DNA from: Nostoc sp. PCC 7120 = FACHB-418
GTDB lineage: Bacteria; Cyanobacteriota; Cyanobacteriia; Cyanobacteriales; Nostocaceae
Assembly: GCF_000009705.1 (NCBI RefSeq)
Contig: NC_003272.1
Coordinates: forward strand, 5,520,001-5,552,000
Length of the DNA: 32,000 nt
Reading direction: 5' to 3'
Below the pieces are notes generated by a model. It had not been told where the DNA came from. It saw only the letters and a program-made list of their open reading frames with translations, and did no database searches. Numbering within the stretch: the stretch's first letter is position 1; every line of letters starts with the position of its first letter. A program made the translations under genes and the position numbers. This document shows, piece after piece, positions 1 to 9,312 of this stretch.

Positions 1-414
1 CCAGAGGGCGTAGGGAAGGAATAGCCAAGAGGCTTTTGGGGAAATGGGCTTGACTACGAAGGCTAAAATATACACTAGTAGCGTTGCCAAGCCACCCATA
101 ATTATTCCCCCTGTGAGGCTCCGCAGTTCTACTACAATAGGACTATACGCAGAGGTAGAAATGGCGATCGCTGCATAAATAGCCATCAAATACCAAGGTC
201 GAAAGCCCTGTCTTGTCCTTTTTTCCCAAACAATAATTGCAGAAATGGTTGTACAAGCCCAAATGAAAGTCCAAACAAACGGGATGATAAATTCAAAGGT
301 CAGCCAGTCGGGACGTTGTAAGTTTTGAAACCAGGGGTCACGCAGCGATGTAAACAGGCTACCACCAAAAAACAATGCTGCTGAAACTGCTGTGATGATC
401 CATCTCGCTTTCAC
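1..414 (-). CDS. TspO/MBR-like tryptophan-rich membrane protein, N-terminal 138 codons (3' end runs off the window)
   Basis: Absent from the ORF track because it has no stop inside the window. The minus-strand frame starting at GTG (412-414) stays open to base 1; I checked it triplet by triplet. The translation VKARWIITAVSAALFFGGSLFTSLRDPWFQNLQRPDWLTFEFIIPFVWTFIW...ASWLFLPYALW has several hydrophobic helices. It carries TspO-like signatures (W-x-N-L-x-[KR]-P-x-W, P-x-x-W-T, L-F-x-P-Y-x-x-W). The family call is from memory of TspO sequences. Confidence 0.5.
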   Translation of the reverse strand, partial: MKARWIITAVSAALFFGGSLFTSLRDPWFQNLQRPDWLTFEFIIPFVWTFIWACTTISAIIVWEKRTRQGFRPWYLMAIYAAIAISTSAYSPIVVELRSLTGGIIMGGLATLLVYILAFVVKPISPKASWLFLPYALW

Positions 415-498
415 AAGGTTTTTCTAAAATAATGGTCTACTTGCAGTTTAGACAATTATTGGCGATCGCTGCATATTATAAGGAGTTGTGATCCTAAT

Positions 499-1113
499 TT
501 AAGGCCACCCAAGGGGCGATCGCCGCAAGAATAACTGAGTAATATAGTAGGTGTTGCCTATTCGCCACACTCCTACACCTGTCTCCGCAAATACGGGGCG
601 GAGAATATTTTCTCGATGTCCAGGGCTTTTCATCCACCCTTCAATCGCTGACGGTACAGGACGAGGAATATTTGTGCTTGTGTATAGATTTTCACCGACT
701 ACCCAATAAGAAATACCACCAGCACGGACTCTATCTGCTGGGGTGCTGCCATCCGCGCCAGTATGACTAAAGAATTTCTTCTCTGCCATTTGTCTGCTGT
801 ATTGACGGGCAACCTGCGCTAATTTGACGTTATTTTGTAAAGGTTGTAACCCGTTTTTTTGACGTACTTGGTTGATTCCTTGGCGGACGGCTGCTTCAAT
901 TTGGGCAGAGGTGGCAGATTCTACAGGAATTTGAGGCTTTAGTGGTTGATTTGATGGTATTTCAACCGTTGGCAGAGGTGGCAAAGATTCAATTACCTGC
1001 TCACAGCCTGTGGATAATAAGGCGATCGCCAACGGTAGGGCGTAGCCCATGGCACCCCACATTACCCAAATATTTTTGAGTAACATATTTTTATATTTGT
1101 ATAGTAATTTCAC
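499..1113 (-). CDS. Secreted (possibly lipoprotein) CAP/SCP/PR-1-superfamily (YkwD-like) domain protein
   Basis: 204-aa ORF. The N-terminal hydrophobic segment ends in LLSTGC, which is lipobox-like. The C-terminal ~120 aa carry CAP-domain hallmarks (ARQYSRQMAEKKFFSHTGADGSTPADR, GENL, WMKSPGHRENIL, GVGV). The true start may be the internal Met at 1086. Confidence 0.75.
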   Translation of the reverse strand: MKLLYKYKNMLLKNIWVMWGAMGYALPLAIALLSTGCEQVIESLPPLPTVEIPSNQPLKPQIPVESATSAQIEAAVRQGINQVRQKNGLQPLQNNVKLAQVARQYSRQMAEKKFFSHTGADGSTPADRVRAGGISYWVVGENLYTSTNIPRPVPSAIEGWMKSPGHRENILRPVFAETGVGVWRIGNTYYITQLFLRRSPLGWP

Positions 1114-1470
1114 TTATTCTTCCTTAAACAGTATTTTTACTGCTCTGTGCGTAACAGTTTAATTAATTTCTAGTGTTCCAATATTTATACTTTAGACAAT
1201 TTTTGCATAACATAACAACTAATTGCTGCCCATTTATTTGGCAAATTTTAAGGCTTTTAACCAGACAATAGCTGCTAAATTAACAATTATGATTGAGCGA
1301 ACTGGCATAATATAAAAGAAGTGTATACAGATAGTTAACATAGTTCAATCGCTACAAATTCAAGAGAAATTAACAGCAGATAATCTGTATATTTAACTGC
1401 AAAAATCGAGGGGATTTAGCTGCGAAATTTGGTTGCTTATAATTTTTACATTGATTTCGCAGAGGGGTTT

Positions 1471-2271
1471 ATGAGTCAAATCGACATCGAAAAACTTCAT
1501 CTTTGGGTACAAGATAGAGACACTGTATTAAAATACAGCAATCATGTTGAGTGGCGTTATGGTGAAAAGCCAGATTATACCCATTCTGATGCAAAACTTG
1601 CTCAAGAAAGTACACGTAATCACCCATCCAATTCATTGGAAACACTAGTCCAAAACTTAGTGCGTACCTTTGATATTGAAGCTAACTTTAAAACAAATCC
1701 TGCTCAGTGGCTTTCTGTTGTTCCCGACCAATTTCGCATGAGTACCAATGGAGGTTCTCGCCATACCATCACAGACTTGATTAATTCAGGTACTTATAAA
1801 TTGATGATTGGCAATACCAAAAATTACAAAGCCACTGAGGAAAACTTTGAAACTTCCACTGGTCTATTTCATACAGCTTTTCCCGATGGCTTTTTGTGGG
1901 AAGTACTAGAAGTTTATTCTGGGGCGCCGGAGATTGTTTTTAAATGGCGACACTGGGGTGAGTTTAAAGGTGAATTTAAAGGCTATGCAGCTACGGGCGA
2001 GGCGATAGAAGTCATTGGCACAAGCGTTGTGCGTGTCACAGAGGATTTAAAAATCCTGTCTTTGGAACACTATTACGACAACACCAAGTTCCTAGCGAAG
2101 CTGACATCTGGTGGTAAATTACTCAAAACACCCCAAAATCAGCAAAAAAAATCTAATTCTCTCTGGCGGAGGTTTTGGAATTTCATCAGAAAACTTTGGG
2201 GAAAAAAGGAGACATCAGCACCAGCAAATTTACAAACTAGCCGTTGTCCTTTTGCTGCTGTTGTGAAGTAA
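1471..2271 (+). CDS. Homolog of the plant 'pathogenesis-related family protein' (PRP; NTF2/SnoaL-like fold) with a basic Trp-rich C-terminal tail
   Basis: ATG at 1471 follows AGAGGGG (1461-1467); the track's TTG at 1429 is probably only an ORF extension. Motifs WRYGEKPDY, SLETLVQN, EENFETSTGLFHTAFPDGFLWEVLEVYSGAPEIVFKWRHWGEFKGEFKGYAATGE and YYD match my recollection of the Arabidopsis/barley PRP family. Confidence 0.65.
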   Translation: MSQIDIEKLHLWVQDRDTVLKYSNHVEWRYGEKPDYTHSDAKLAQESTRNHPSNSLETLVQNLVRTFDIEANFKTNPAQWLSVVPDQFRMSTNGGSRHTITDLINSGTYKLMIGNTKNYKATEENFETSTGLFHTAFPDGFLWEVLEVYSGAPEIVFKWRHWGEFKGEFKGYAATGEAIEVIGTSVVRVTEDLKILSLEHYYDNTKFLAKLTSGGKLLKTPQNQQKKSNSLWRRFWNFIRKLWGKKETSAPANLQTSRCPFAAVVK

Positions 2272-2319
2272 AGATAGGGATTGGGTAAGAGATAATTTCT
2301 GAGCGCTAGTCTCTAAACT

Positions 2320-3882
2320 CTAGTCTCTTTGATGACCTAATACATCTTCCAGCATCGGAGCCAATTCTTTATTTAATCGCCCAGACTTGACAAATTCCGC
2401 ATAAGTATCTGCCTCAATTGCTAGTAGTTCATCGCGGAATTGTTCTGTTGTAAAGTTCTGAAGATTGGGGTATTCATTGTGTAATTTATCAATCTTGGTT
2501 TGCAATTCTGCAATTTCACCTGTGACAAGTTTCTCTTGGTAACGAATAAACTCTGGGTCGATACCGGGACGTTTCTCTGTTTGGAGGTATTGCAATACTC
2601 TTTCTAGAGCAACACTACGGGCGACTAGTTGTAAATACTGTTCGCGTAAGGGTGCATCGCCGAGCAGATTGAGCTTTTGCAGCAGGGGTTTAATTGTTAA
2701 TCCCTGGACTAGTAGCGTAAATAAAACTACTCCAAAGACGGTAGCAATGATTTTTTCTCGCCCTGGCAATACATTCGGTACACTCAATGCCAGGGCAATT
2801 GACACAGAACCACGTAACCCACCCCACCAAAGAATAGTCTGTTCAGGTAAGGAGACTTGTGATTGAGTCATCATAACGCTCAATTTGCTGAGAATAAATA
2901 ATGCAACTGCTCGCATTAAAATCATTGCACCTACTGTAATAGCAATGATTTGCAGATTTTCTCCTAAACTGGCAAAACGGATTTGGTCGCCAATTAATAA
3001 AAAAACAATCGAATTGACAAAAAACGCTAAAAATTCCCAAAATTCGGAAACAATAATCCGAGTCCGGGGATTCATGCCTATACGTGAACCAAAGTTACCT
3101 AATATCAAACCTGTAGTGACAACCCCGATTACGCCGGAACCCCCCAAGTCTTCGGTAATGAGATAAGTACCGTAAGCAGACACCAAAGTTAAGGACTGTT
3201 CCACCATTGGCAAGTCAAAACGTTGGGTCAGGTAGGAAATAGCAAAACCAATCAAACAGCCTACTGCTACACCGATACCCACCACTTGTATAAGCTGTAA
3301 CAAAATTGGTTGAAAGCCTAATTCGGCATTCCCAAAAGGCAAAGCCACCAAAAAACCAAAGGCGACTACTGCCATCCCGTCGTTAAATAAGCTTTCGCCT
3401 TCCATGAGGGTGACAAGTCGAGTTCCTACACCCAATTCACGAAACAAAGCGGTGACGGAAACAGGGTCAGTAGCAGAAAGACTCGCACCGATGAGTAACG
3501 CTGTAGTTAGGGAAATTCCCGCCAGTTGATTAAGTCCAATTGCTACTCCGGCAATTGAGATTATCACCCCAAACACGGCATATAGACAAATTGGGACAAA
3601 ATCACGCTGCAAATCTGACCATTTCAAATTCCATGCGGCTTCAAATAATAAGGGTGGTAAAAAGATAGACAAAATTAAAGCAGGAGACAGGACAACCAGG
3701 CGCACATCAACGACTGCTAGTCCCAAACCGACAATTACCAGAAGTAAGGTATAAGGGATTTGGCGAAACCAACTAAATACTTGGGGTAAGGTGGCTACAC
3801 CTAAAGAAACCGAAAGTACTAAAAGAAACTGCTTGAGATTCGTGGCGATCACTTCTTCACTGATTGCTGATTCAAGTACCAT
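2320..3882 (-). CDS. Na+/H+ (cation:proton) antiporter, CPA1/NhaP type, with cytoplasmic C-terminal helical domain
   Basis: 520-aa ORF with 10-12 hydrophobic helices. It has typical CPA1 motifs (SATDPVSV, ESLFNDG, WGGLRGSVSIALAL) and a ~120-aa soluble tail. Confidence 0.85.
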   Translation of the reverse strand: MVLESAISEEVIATNLKQFLLVLSVSLGVATLPQVFSWFRQIPYTLLLVIVGLGLAVVDVRLVVLSPALILSIFLPPLLFEAAWNLKWSDLQRDFVPICLYAVFGVIISIAGVAIGLNQLAGISLTTALLIGASLSATDPVSVTALFRELGVGTRLVTLMEGESLFNDGMAVVAFGFLVALPFGNAELGFQPILLQLIQVVGIGVAVGCLIGFAISYLTQRFDLPMVEQSLTLVSAYGTYLITEDLGGSGVIGVVTTGLILGNFGSRIGMNPRTRIIVSEFWEFLAFFVNSIVFLLIGDQIRFASLGENLQIIAITVGAMILMRAVALFILSKLSVMMTQSQVSLPEQTILWWGGLRGSVSIALALSVPNVLPGREKIIATVFGVVLFTLLVQGLTIKPLLQKLNLLGDAPLREQYLQLVARSVALERVLQYLQTEKRPGIDPEFIRYQEKLVTGEIAELQTKIDKLHNEYPNLQNFTTEQFRDELLAIEADTYAEFVKSGRLNKELAPMLEDVLGHQRD

Positions 3883-4012
3883 GAGTAAGTATTTAGTAGA
3901 ATTCTGTACTGATTGTCCAGGGAATATATTCAGATGGCATCGCCTGAATATAAGATTTTAATCATCTAGGCATGAATATTTAACAGTTAATTAAACAAGA
4001 AGGGGGAAGCTC

Positions 4013-5008
4013 TTGGGTATTAACATTCGAGACCGCTTTCAGAACTTCAGGCGCAAACAAAGACAGCCAGAACAACTACAACAATTACAAGTAGATTTAC
4101 AGGCAGAATCAAGTCTGGACATACCTTATCTGACTCTAATTGTCAGTTCTTGTGCGATCGCTACCTTTGGTCTATTGTCCAATAGTAGCGCCGTGATTAT
4201 CGGTGCTATGATTATCGCTCCCCTAATGCTGCCCATTCGCGGATTAGCTTTTGGTGCTTTACAAGGTGATATTCTTTTATTCCGTCAAGGTATTACATCT
4301 GTAGGCATAGGTACATTATTAGCATTAGCGATCGCCTGCTTTTTGGGTTTAATCGTGGGACTACCTGATTATGGTAGTGAAGTCTTGGCTCGTTCTGAAC
4401 CAACCCTGTTAGACTTAGGTATTGCCGTCGCGGCTGGTGCTATTAGTGCCTACGCCAAAACTGAGACAAAAATTTCCGGTAGTTTGGCAGGAACGGCGAT
4501 CGCAGTTGCTCTTATGCCTCCTATATGCGTAATTGGACTGGGTTTAGCTAAGGCAAATTTCGCACTTAGTTTGGGCGCAACCTTACTCTACCTCACCAAT
4601 CTACTAGGTATTACCCTCTCCTGTATGGTGACGTTTTTGGCGGCAGGTTATACTTCTATGAGCCAAGCGCGTCGCCCCATTGTTTCGACTTTGGTACTGA
4701 CAGCTATTCTGGTTATTCCTTTAGGTGTGAGCTTTGCTCGACTGGTACGACAGACGCAATTAGAAGCCAGTTTACGTAGAGCATTATTAAATCGTACTGT
4801 CACCTTTCAACGCCTGCAATTATTTAGAAGTAGTACCAACTGGTTAGTTAATCCTCCGGAAGTACGGCTGAGTGTGCGAGCTAACGATCCAGTTACACCC
4901 CGACAAGTAAAGCTACTAGAAGAATTTGTCGAGCGAGAAATGGGACAACCATTCACCTTGATTTTTGAAGTTGGCCAGGTGGAAGAAGTAAAAAGTTCTG
5001 AGCCTTAG
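4013..5008 (+). CDS. DUF389-family integral membrane protein
   Basis: 331-aa ORF from TTG 4013, preceded by AAGGGGGAAG; there is no in-frame ATG near the N-terminus. The pattern of small-residue-rich helices (AVIIGAMIIAPLMLPIRGLAFG, AISAYAKTE, GTAIAVALMPP) fits DUF389 as I remember it. Confidence 0.6.
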   Translation: MGINIRDRFQNFRRKQRQPEQLQQLQVDLQAESSLDIPYLTLIVSSCAIATFGLLSNSSAVIIGAMIIAPLMLPIRGLAFGALQGDILLFRQGITSVGIGTLLALAIACFLGLIVGLPDYGSEVLARSEPTLLDLGIAVAAGAISAYAKTETKISGSLAGTAIAVALMPPICVIGLGLAKANFALSLGATLLYLTNLLGITLSCMVTFLAAGYTSMSQARRPIVSTLVLTAILVIPLGVSFARLVRQTQLEASLRRALLNRTVTFQRLQLFRSSTNWLVNPPEVRLSVRANDPVTPRQVKLLEEFVEREMGQPFTLIFEVGQVEEVKSSEP

Positions 5009-5046
5009 TATCTTACAGAATTACGAATTTTCACTACTGATTGAGT

Positions 5047-8000
5047 TTATTTAGTAATTTTGATTGCTGTTTTATTCATCAATTCCTGAATTTGTGCTGC
5101 TACTAGGGGATGAGAATCTTTTTGTAATTTGGGCAGAAGTTCTAAGAGGACGCGATATGAAACCACACTCAAATAAGCGATCGCCGCTTCCCGCACAAAG
5201 CCCGTAGGATGACGCAAAGCCATCAGAATTTCGTTAATTGTCAAACGAATCCGGTTAACTTGAGCAAAATGAAAACAGCAAGCCAAACACCAATCAGAAA
5301 GGAAATTACCCAAGGTGAGCATCTTTCGTAATCTTTCACTAGCTGACAACGGTTGATATTCTGTAAATTCTGCCTCTAAAAGATCATCCAGCTTTTCTTG
5401 GTGCGATCGCTTATCTAAAAGATTTAATAACAATGATTTTCGTGGCAAATTCACTGTATGTTCTAATATTTCCAGTCCTCGTGCTAAATTCACCACTGAT
5501 TCAGACCGGAGATTAAAAGCTGCTGCCTGCATTTTATCTGGCGAATACAGTAATTTTAATAGTAATAATAAACGTTCCCGAATATCCCATTCCATCTCTG
5601 CCAAGGCACGTTGTAGTAAATCACTAACAATCAAAACTCTTGGGTTTGTTTGACTATTATCTAAATTTAATTGTGGTCGTAAGTCTATATAAGCTGCATA
5701 AATCTCACCCAAAAAACGTAATTCCTGATCAATGAGATTTTCTACCCGACTGTGTTGAAACCTATCTACTAAATTGGTAATTTCTGATTGTTTCTGAATT
5801 TTCAACAAGCTACGCAGAATATGGTATCTAGTAGCACCCCAAGAAGATTCTAACTGCAACCATAAGGTCTCTACAGCTTCTGTGGTAGAAATTTGTCCTA
5901 TGGTACGCCAAGCATACATCCTTAATACTTCTGGTTTATGGGCATTGGTAGCCAGTTGTAACAACATATCCAATGCTTCATTCTCCATTTTGATTAAGGC
6001 ACGCATGGCAGTGGCGCGGGTTGACTTGTAATAAAGTGCTGTCAGCAGAGAGGAATAGTATTCTTCCATGCGCGTTGCGGCAATCATTTCTAAGACAGCA
6101 CAACGCACCCTTAAAGATTCATCCTGTAACAAATTAGGTATATGAATCCGCAATGCCTGTAAATAAACCACTTCTCGTAGAGCTTTGACTCCGTTCACCC
6201 TTTCTCGTTCTTGCTTATGGGTTAACATCCGGCGTAAAGTCTTGGTTGCGGCTACTTTTTGGATGGGTGTTCCCTGACGCAATAGCAAAGCCGCAGCCGT
6301 GGCGCGGGTTAATGAGTGGTGGCGCTGGTTGAGGTATTCTTCCAGTTGGCTTAAATTGGGATTGGGGTCAGCTAGCCAAACATAACGTAATGCTAGGGCA
6401 AAAACTTCGGGATTAACATTGTCGGGATGACGCTCTAACAACCATTTCACTTCAGATACATGAGTGGGACTGGCATCAGTGGCTAGCATCACCTCTAAAC
6501 TATGTCGTTGTAAATCTGGCGTTAGCTTAAATAAAATAGGCGAGAGAACATCTGCTGCCCCTTGGGGGTCGATTTGGGCTAATAATTCAATACAAGAGTG
6601 TTTATCTGCGGTATTGCCTTTTTCTTCTAAAGCTTTGACTACCCCTTGTTTAAAGGCACGTAAACCCACATTAGAGGCACTCAGTTCGCCTCTATCAGCG
6701 CTCAAGACTAACAAATCAACATAACGCGATCGCAATAACCATACTACCTTCAAGCAGGCAACGGCTACTACCATCGTTTCGCCGATAAACACCCACTTTT
6801 GCATTGTTGCAGGTACAAACAACCCACACACAAACAAGGTAATTACAATGATGATACCAGCAGTACCAGTGGCGATCGCTTCCGCAGTTCCCCCTGATAG
6901 TACCTGGGTTCGGCTACGAATACGTTCGGGAATTGGTTGATATAGTAACGGCCCGCTACTGATAACGAAGGTGTAACGCAACAGTTCATCAAAGAACTTC
7001 AACCCAACCAATCCCCAGAAAAATGCTAGGGATTGTATTCCAGGTAGCAAGTAAAGTACAACAATCATCCCAGGGACAACAAAGCCTACAGCCACAGGCA
7101 AAAGTGCAGCAGTGAAGAACACTCCAAAGCGTTCGATGAGGCGACTGGAAACAAACCACTGGGTAGTTAACTCACACAATCCGACAATCCCACCAAATAT
7201 ACCTAAAAATCCTGCTAGTTCACGATCGCCTAAGTTGATTTTTAGTTCTTGGAGATATTGAAAATCTACTAATAAACCAATAATTTGTAACAGACCAACA
7301 AAGGCAAATAGTTGTAAAGTATAACGCTTGAGTGGTGCTTGGATACGCCGATGCCGAGAGGCTTGTTCTTGAGGAATTAGGCGCTGTGGTGCTTCGGGAA
7401 AAGATGTGCGATATTGATAACTTAAATAGCAAAGAATCGCCGAGCCAATCATAATCACTCCACAGGCGATCATAATTACGCGGTTGAGTTTGGCGAACTC
7501 CAGCAACCAAGGCAAACTAAAGCCACTGATCACATCAGCTACTAATAACCCACTACTAATGAGTGGGTAAGTGCGCTTAATTTCTCGAATGTTAAATAAT
7601 TGGTTAGCAACGATGGAAGTATTTAGATCGTTGACTACATAGATAGAATCTACCCACAACCGCAGTAAAAATACGACGATGACTGAAAAGTAGGCGACAT
7701 CGATTCCCCAGCGTAATAATACTAACAAAATTAACGGCACGATCATACAAGGTGCGATCGCCACCACCACCCAGCGCAAAGGAAAAATCTTTTGTAGCCA
7801 AGAATAGACAAAAACCAGCGCCATACCCATAACCGCACTGGCAATATACATCCAAGGCAATGGCCCAGCACCATATTCATCCAAAAATAGTGCTACTGTA
7901 CTATCCTCAGCCCATCGCAACCCCACAGATACAGTTGTGTAAAAGGCAAACATCATCCAAGTCCGTTCGCCTTCTTCCGGTCGTAGATTCACCCATTTTA

Positions 8001-8055
8001 AAAGTTGTGCCAGCCAATTTGGATTTGCTGCCAACGAATAATTTTTCAATTCCAT
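5047..8055 (-). CDS. Fusion protein: N-terminal 11-12 TM MFS/ATP:ADP-antiporter-like (TLC, COG3202-like) transporter domain plus ~540-aa C-terminal HEAT/ARM-like repeat domain
   Basis: 1002-aa uninterrupted ORF. Residues ~30-460 are hydrophobic helices; the opening RPEEGERTWMMFAFYTTVSVGLRWAEDSTVALFL resembles TLC/Npt-type carriers. Residues ~460-1000 are a soluble, Leu-rich, repetitive helical region (e.g. VRCAVLEMIAATR, VREAAIAYLSVV) typical of HEAT repeats. Confidence 0.6.
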   Translation of the reverse strand: MELKNYSLAANPNWLAQLLKWVNLRPEEGERTWMMFAFYTTVSVGLRWAEDSTVALFLDEYGAGPLPWMYIASAVMGMALVFVYSWLQKIFPLRWVVVAIAPCMIVPLILLVLLRWGIDVAYFSVIVVFLLRLWVDSIYVVNDLNTSIVANQLFNIREIKRTYPLISSGLLVADVISGFSLPWLLEFAKLNRVIMIACGVIMIGSAILCYLSYQYRTSFPEAPQRLIPQEQASRHRRIQAPLKRYTLQLFAFVGLLQIIGLLVDFQYLQELKINLGDRELAGFLGIFGGIVGLCELTTQWFVSSRLIERFGVFFTAALLPVAVGFVVPGMIVVLYLLPGIQSLAFFWGLVGLKFFDELLRYTFVISSGPLLYQPIPERIRSRTQVLSGGTAEAIATGTAGIIIVITLFVCGLFVPATMQKWVFIGETMVVAVACLKVVWLLRSRYVDLLVLSADRGELSASNVGLRAFKQGVVKALEEKGNTADKHSCIELLAQIDPQGAADVLSPILFKLTPDLQRHSLEVMLATDASPTHVSEVKWLLERHPDNVNPEVFALALRYVWLADPNPNLSQLEEYLNQRHHSLTRATAAALLLRQGTPIQKVAATKTLRRMLTHKQERERVNGVKALREVVYLQALRIHIPNLLQDESLRVRCAVLEMIAATRMEEYYSSLLTALYYKSTRATAMRALIKMENEALDMLLQLATNAHKPEVLRMYAWRTIGQISTTEAVETLWLQLESSWGATRYHILRSLLKIQKQSEITNLVDRFQHSRVENLIDQELRFLGEIYAAYIDLRPQLNLDNSQTNPRVLIVSDLLQRALAEMEWDIRERLLLLLKLLYSPDKMQAAAFNLRSESVVNLARGLEILEHTVNLPRKSLLLNLLDKRSHQEKLDDLLEAEFTEYQPLSASERLRKMLTLGNFLSDWCLACCFHFAQVNRIRLTINEILMALRHPTGFVREAAIAYLSVVSYRVLLELLPKLQKDSHPLVAAQIQELMNKTAIKITK

Positions 8056-8184
8056 GTTTTACTTTCTGGTATCTTCTCCGTCTAGTGGGGAGCAATCAAT
8101 TCAAAACTCAAAACTTGTACTGAACTTGTCGAAGTATTCAAAATTCAAAATTAATAATGGCTCCCCAATCCCCAAAATGGCAAA

Positions 8185-8231
8185 AGTCCTGAACAACTGA
8201 GTATTATGTTTCCCACTCAGAGTTCAGGACT
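8185..8231 (-). terminator. Long imperfect hairpin downstream of infC; candidate intrinsic terminator
   Basis: AGTCCTGAACAACTGAGT (8185-8202) pairs with ACTCAG-AG-TTCAGGACT (8215-8231) around a 12-nt loop. On the minus strand the stem is followed by TTTGCCATTTT. It lies between the infC stop (8319) and the next gene's start (8055). Confidence 0.45.
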
Positions 8232-8318
8232 ATCAAGTTGCAATTAATTTCAACGACGGTGAAGCCGTTTTGATATTTTCAGTGGTGGATTACTTGGTTA
8301 CAAGAATACTTATGAGTA

Positions 8319-8852
8319 TTACTTCTTAGGCGAGATAAGCATCATCATATTTCGCCCTTCTTTTTTGGGTGCTTGTTGCACTTCACCAAACGGTTCCAGA
8401 TCCGTTGCCATTCGCTTCAATAAATCTTCAGCTAAATCACTGTGTTGAATCTCTCGACCCCGGAACATCACAGTTGCTTTGACTTTATCACCATCTTTTA
8501 AGAAGCGTTCTGCTTGCTTAACACGCACATTGTAGTCGTGTTCCTCAATTTTGTAGCGCATCTTCACTTCTTTCACATCAGCCGTGTGCTGTTTCTTCCG
8601 AGCTTCCCGCGCCTTCTTCTCCTGCTCGAACTTGTATTTCCCGTAATCCATAATCCGACACACCGGCGGGTCGGCCTTGTCACTGAGCAGTACTAAATCC
8701 AACTCCTTCTCCTCTGCTAGTTGCAGCGCTTCCTGTGGAGTTAGAATTCCTAGCTGGGAACCATCAGTGTCAATGACTCGAATTTTCGGGAAGCGGATCC
8801 GTTCGTTAATTTGGGGCAGATCGCGAGTTCTTTTTTTCTCAATCACAGGCAT
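8319..8852 (-). CDS. infC: Translation initiation factor IF-3
   Basis: Highly conserved IF-3 sequence ([22 protein letters not shown]..., [39 protein letters not shown]). I chose the ATG at 8850-8852 ([17 protein letters not shown], 177 aa) rather than the track's GTG at 8933. Confidence 0.9.
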   Translation of the reverse strand: MPVIEKKRTRDLPQINERIRFPKIRVIDTDGSQLGILTPQEALQLAEEKELDLVLLSDKADPPVCRIMDYGKYKFEQEKKAREARKKQHTADVKEVKMRYKIEEHDYNVRVKQAERFLKDGDKVKATVMFRGREIQHSDLAEDLLKRMATDLEPFGEVQQAPKKEGRNMMMLISPKK

Positions 8853-9312
8853 TATGATTTGTGGGAGCTTCTTTGTTAAGTGATGTAATGTGGACTTGAT
8901 TGCTTTGTTTTGATTGGTCTGCCTAAGCAGCACAATACTAAAATAACTGAGAATTTAAGAAGGAGTCTATAGTTTTATAGGAACTAATCCATAAAATAGT
9001 TTATTTGGTTTCTGTATTTGTTATTTTACTCACTCTGAGAGAGCTTCTCTATAATCGTTAATTTAAATCACACAATCTAGAGAATGGTTAACTATTGTAA
9101 CAATTCTTTTTTTATGGGTAATAGGAGTGGGGATATGGGGGAGAAATTTGGGTTTTCTGGTTGCCTTCTGACTGGAAAGAGGGTGTAAAGTTGTGGGGGT
9201 GTAGGGGAGAAAGATATCGTTCATCTATGACTGTGGAATTTTTTCATCGGGACTGCCTCCCATCTGAATCTATAAAATGGGAAGTAACCACTGAGAATCG
9301 GAGCGAAGCGGC

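Noticed and set aside
2669-3166. Three 65-93-aa ORFs (2669-2866 +, 2843-3040 -, 2885-3166 +) inside the antiporter gene
   Set aside because: They lie antisense or out of frame within a strongly supported 520-aa membrane-protein gene, and their composition is typical of shadow ORFs.
6464-8123. Five 62-96-aa ORFs overlapping the 1002-aa transporter-HEAT gene
   Set aside because: Shadow ORFs within or antisense to the long ORF, with no RBS and no recognisable protein features.
8514-8883. Plus-strand ORFs 8514-8696 and 8677-8883 antisense to infC
   Set aside because: They are antisense to a highly conserved gene and encode low-complexity Leu/Phe/Ser-rich translations.
8853-8933. 27-codon N-terminal extension of infC from GTG 8933; also considered a non-canonical autoregulatory start as in E. 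coli (AUU)
   Set aside because: The extension ([15 protein letters not shown]...) has no IF-3 similarity. A standard ATG at 8852 gives a 177-aa protein of typical length. I cannot show a non-AUG start from sequence alone.
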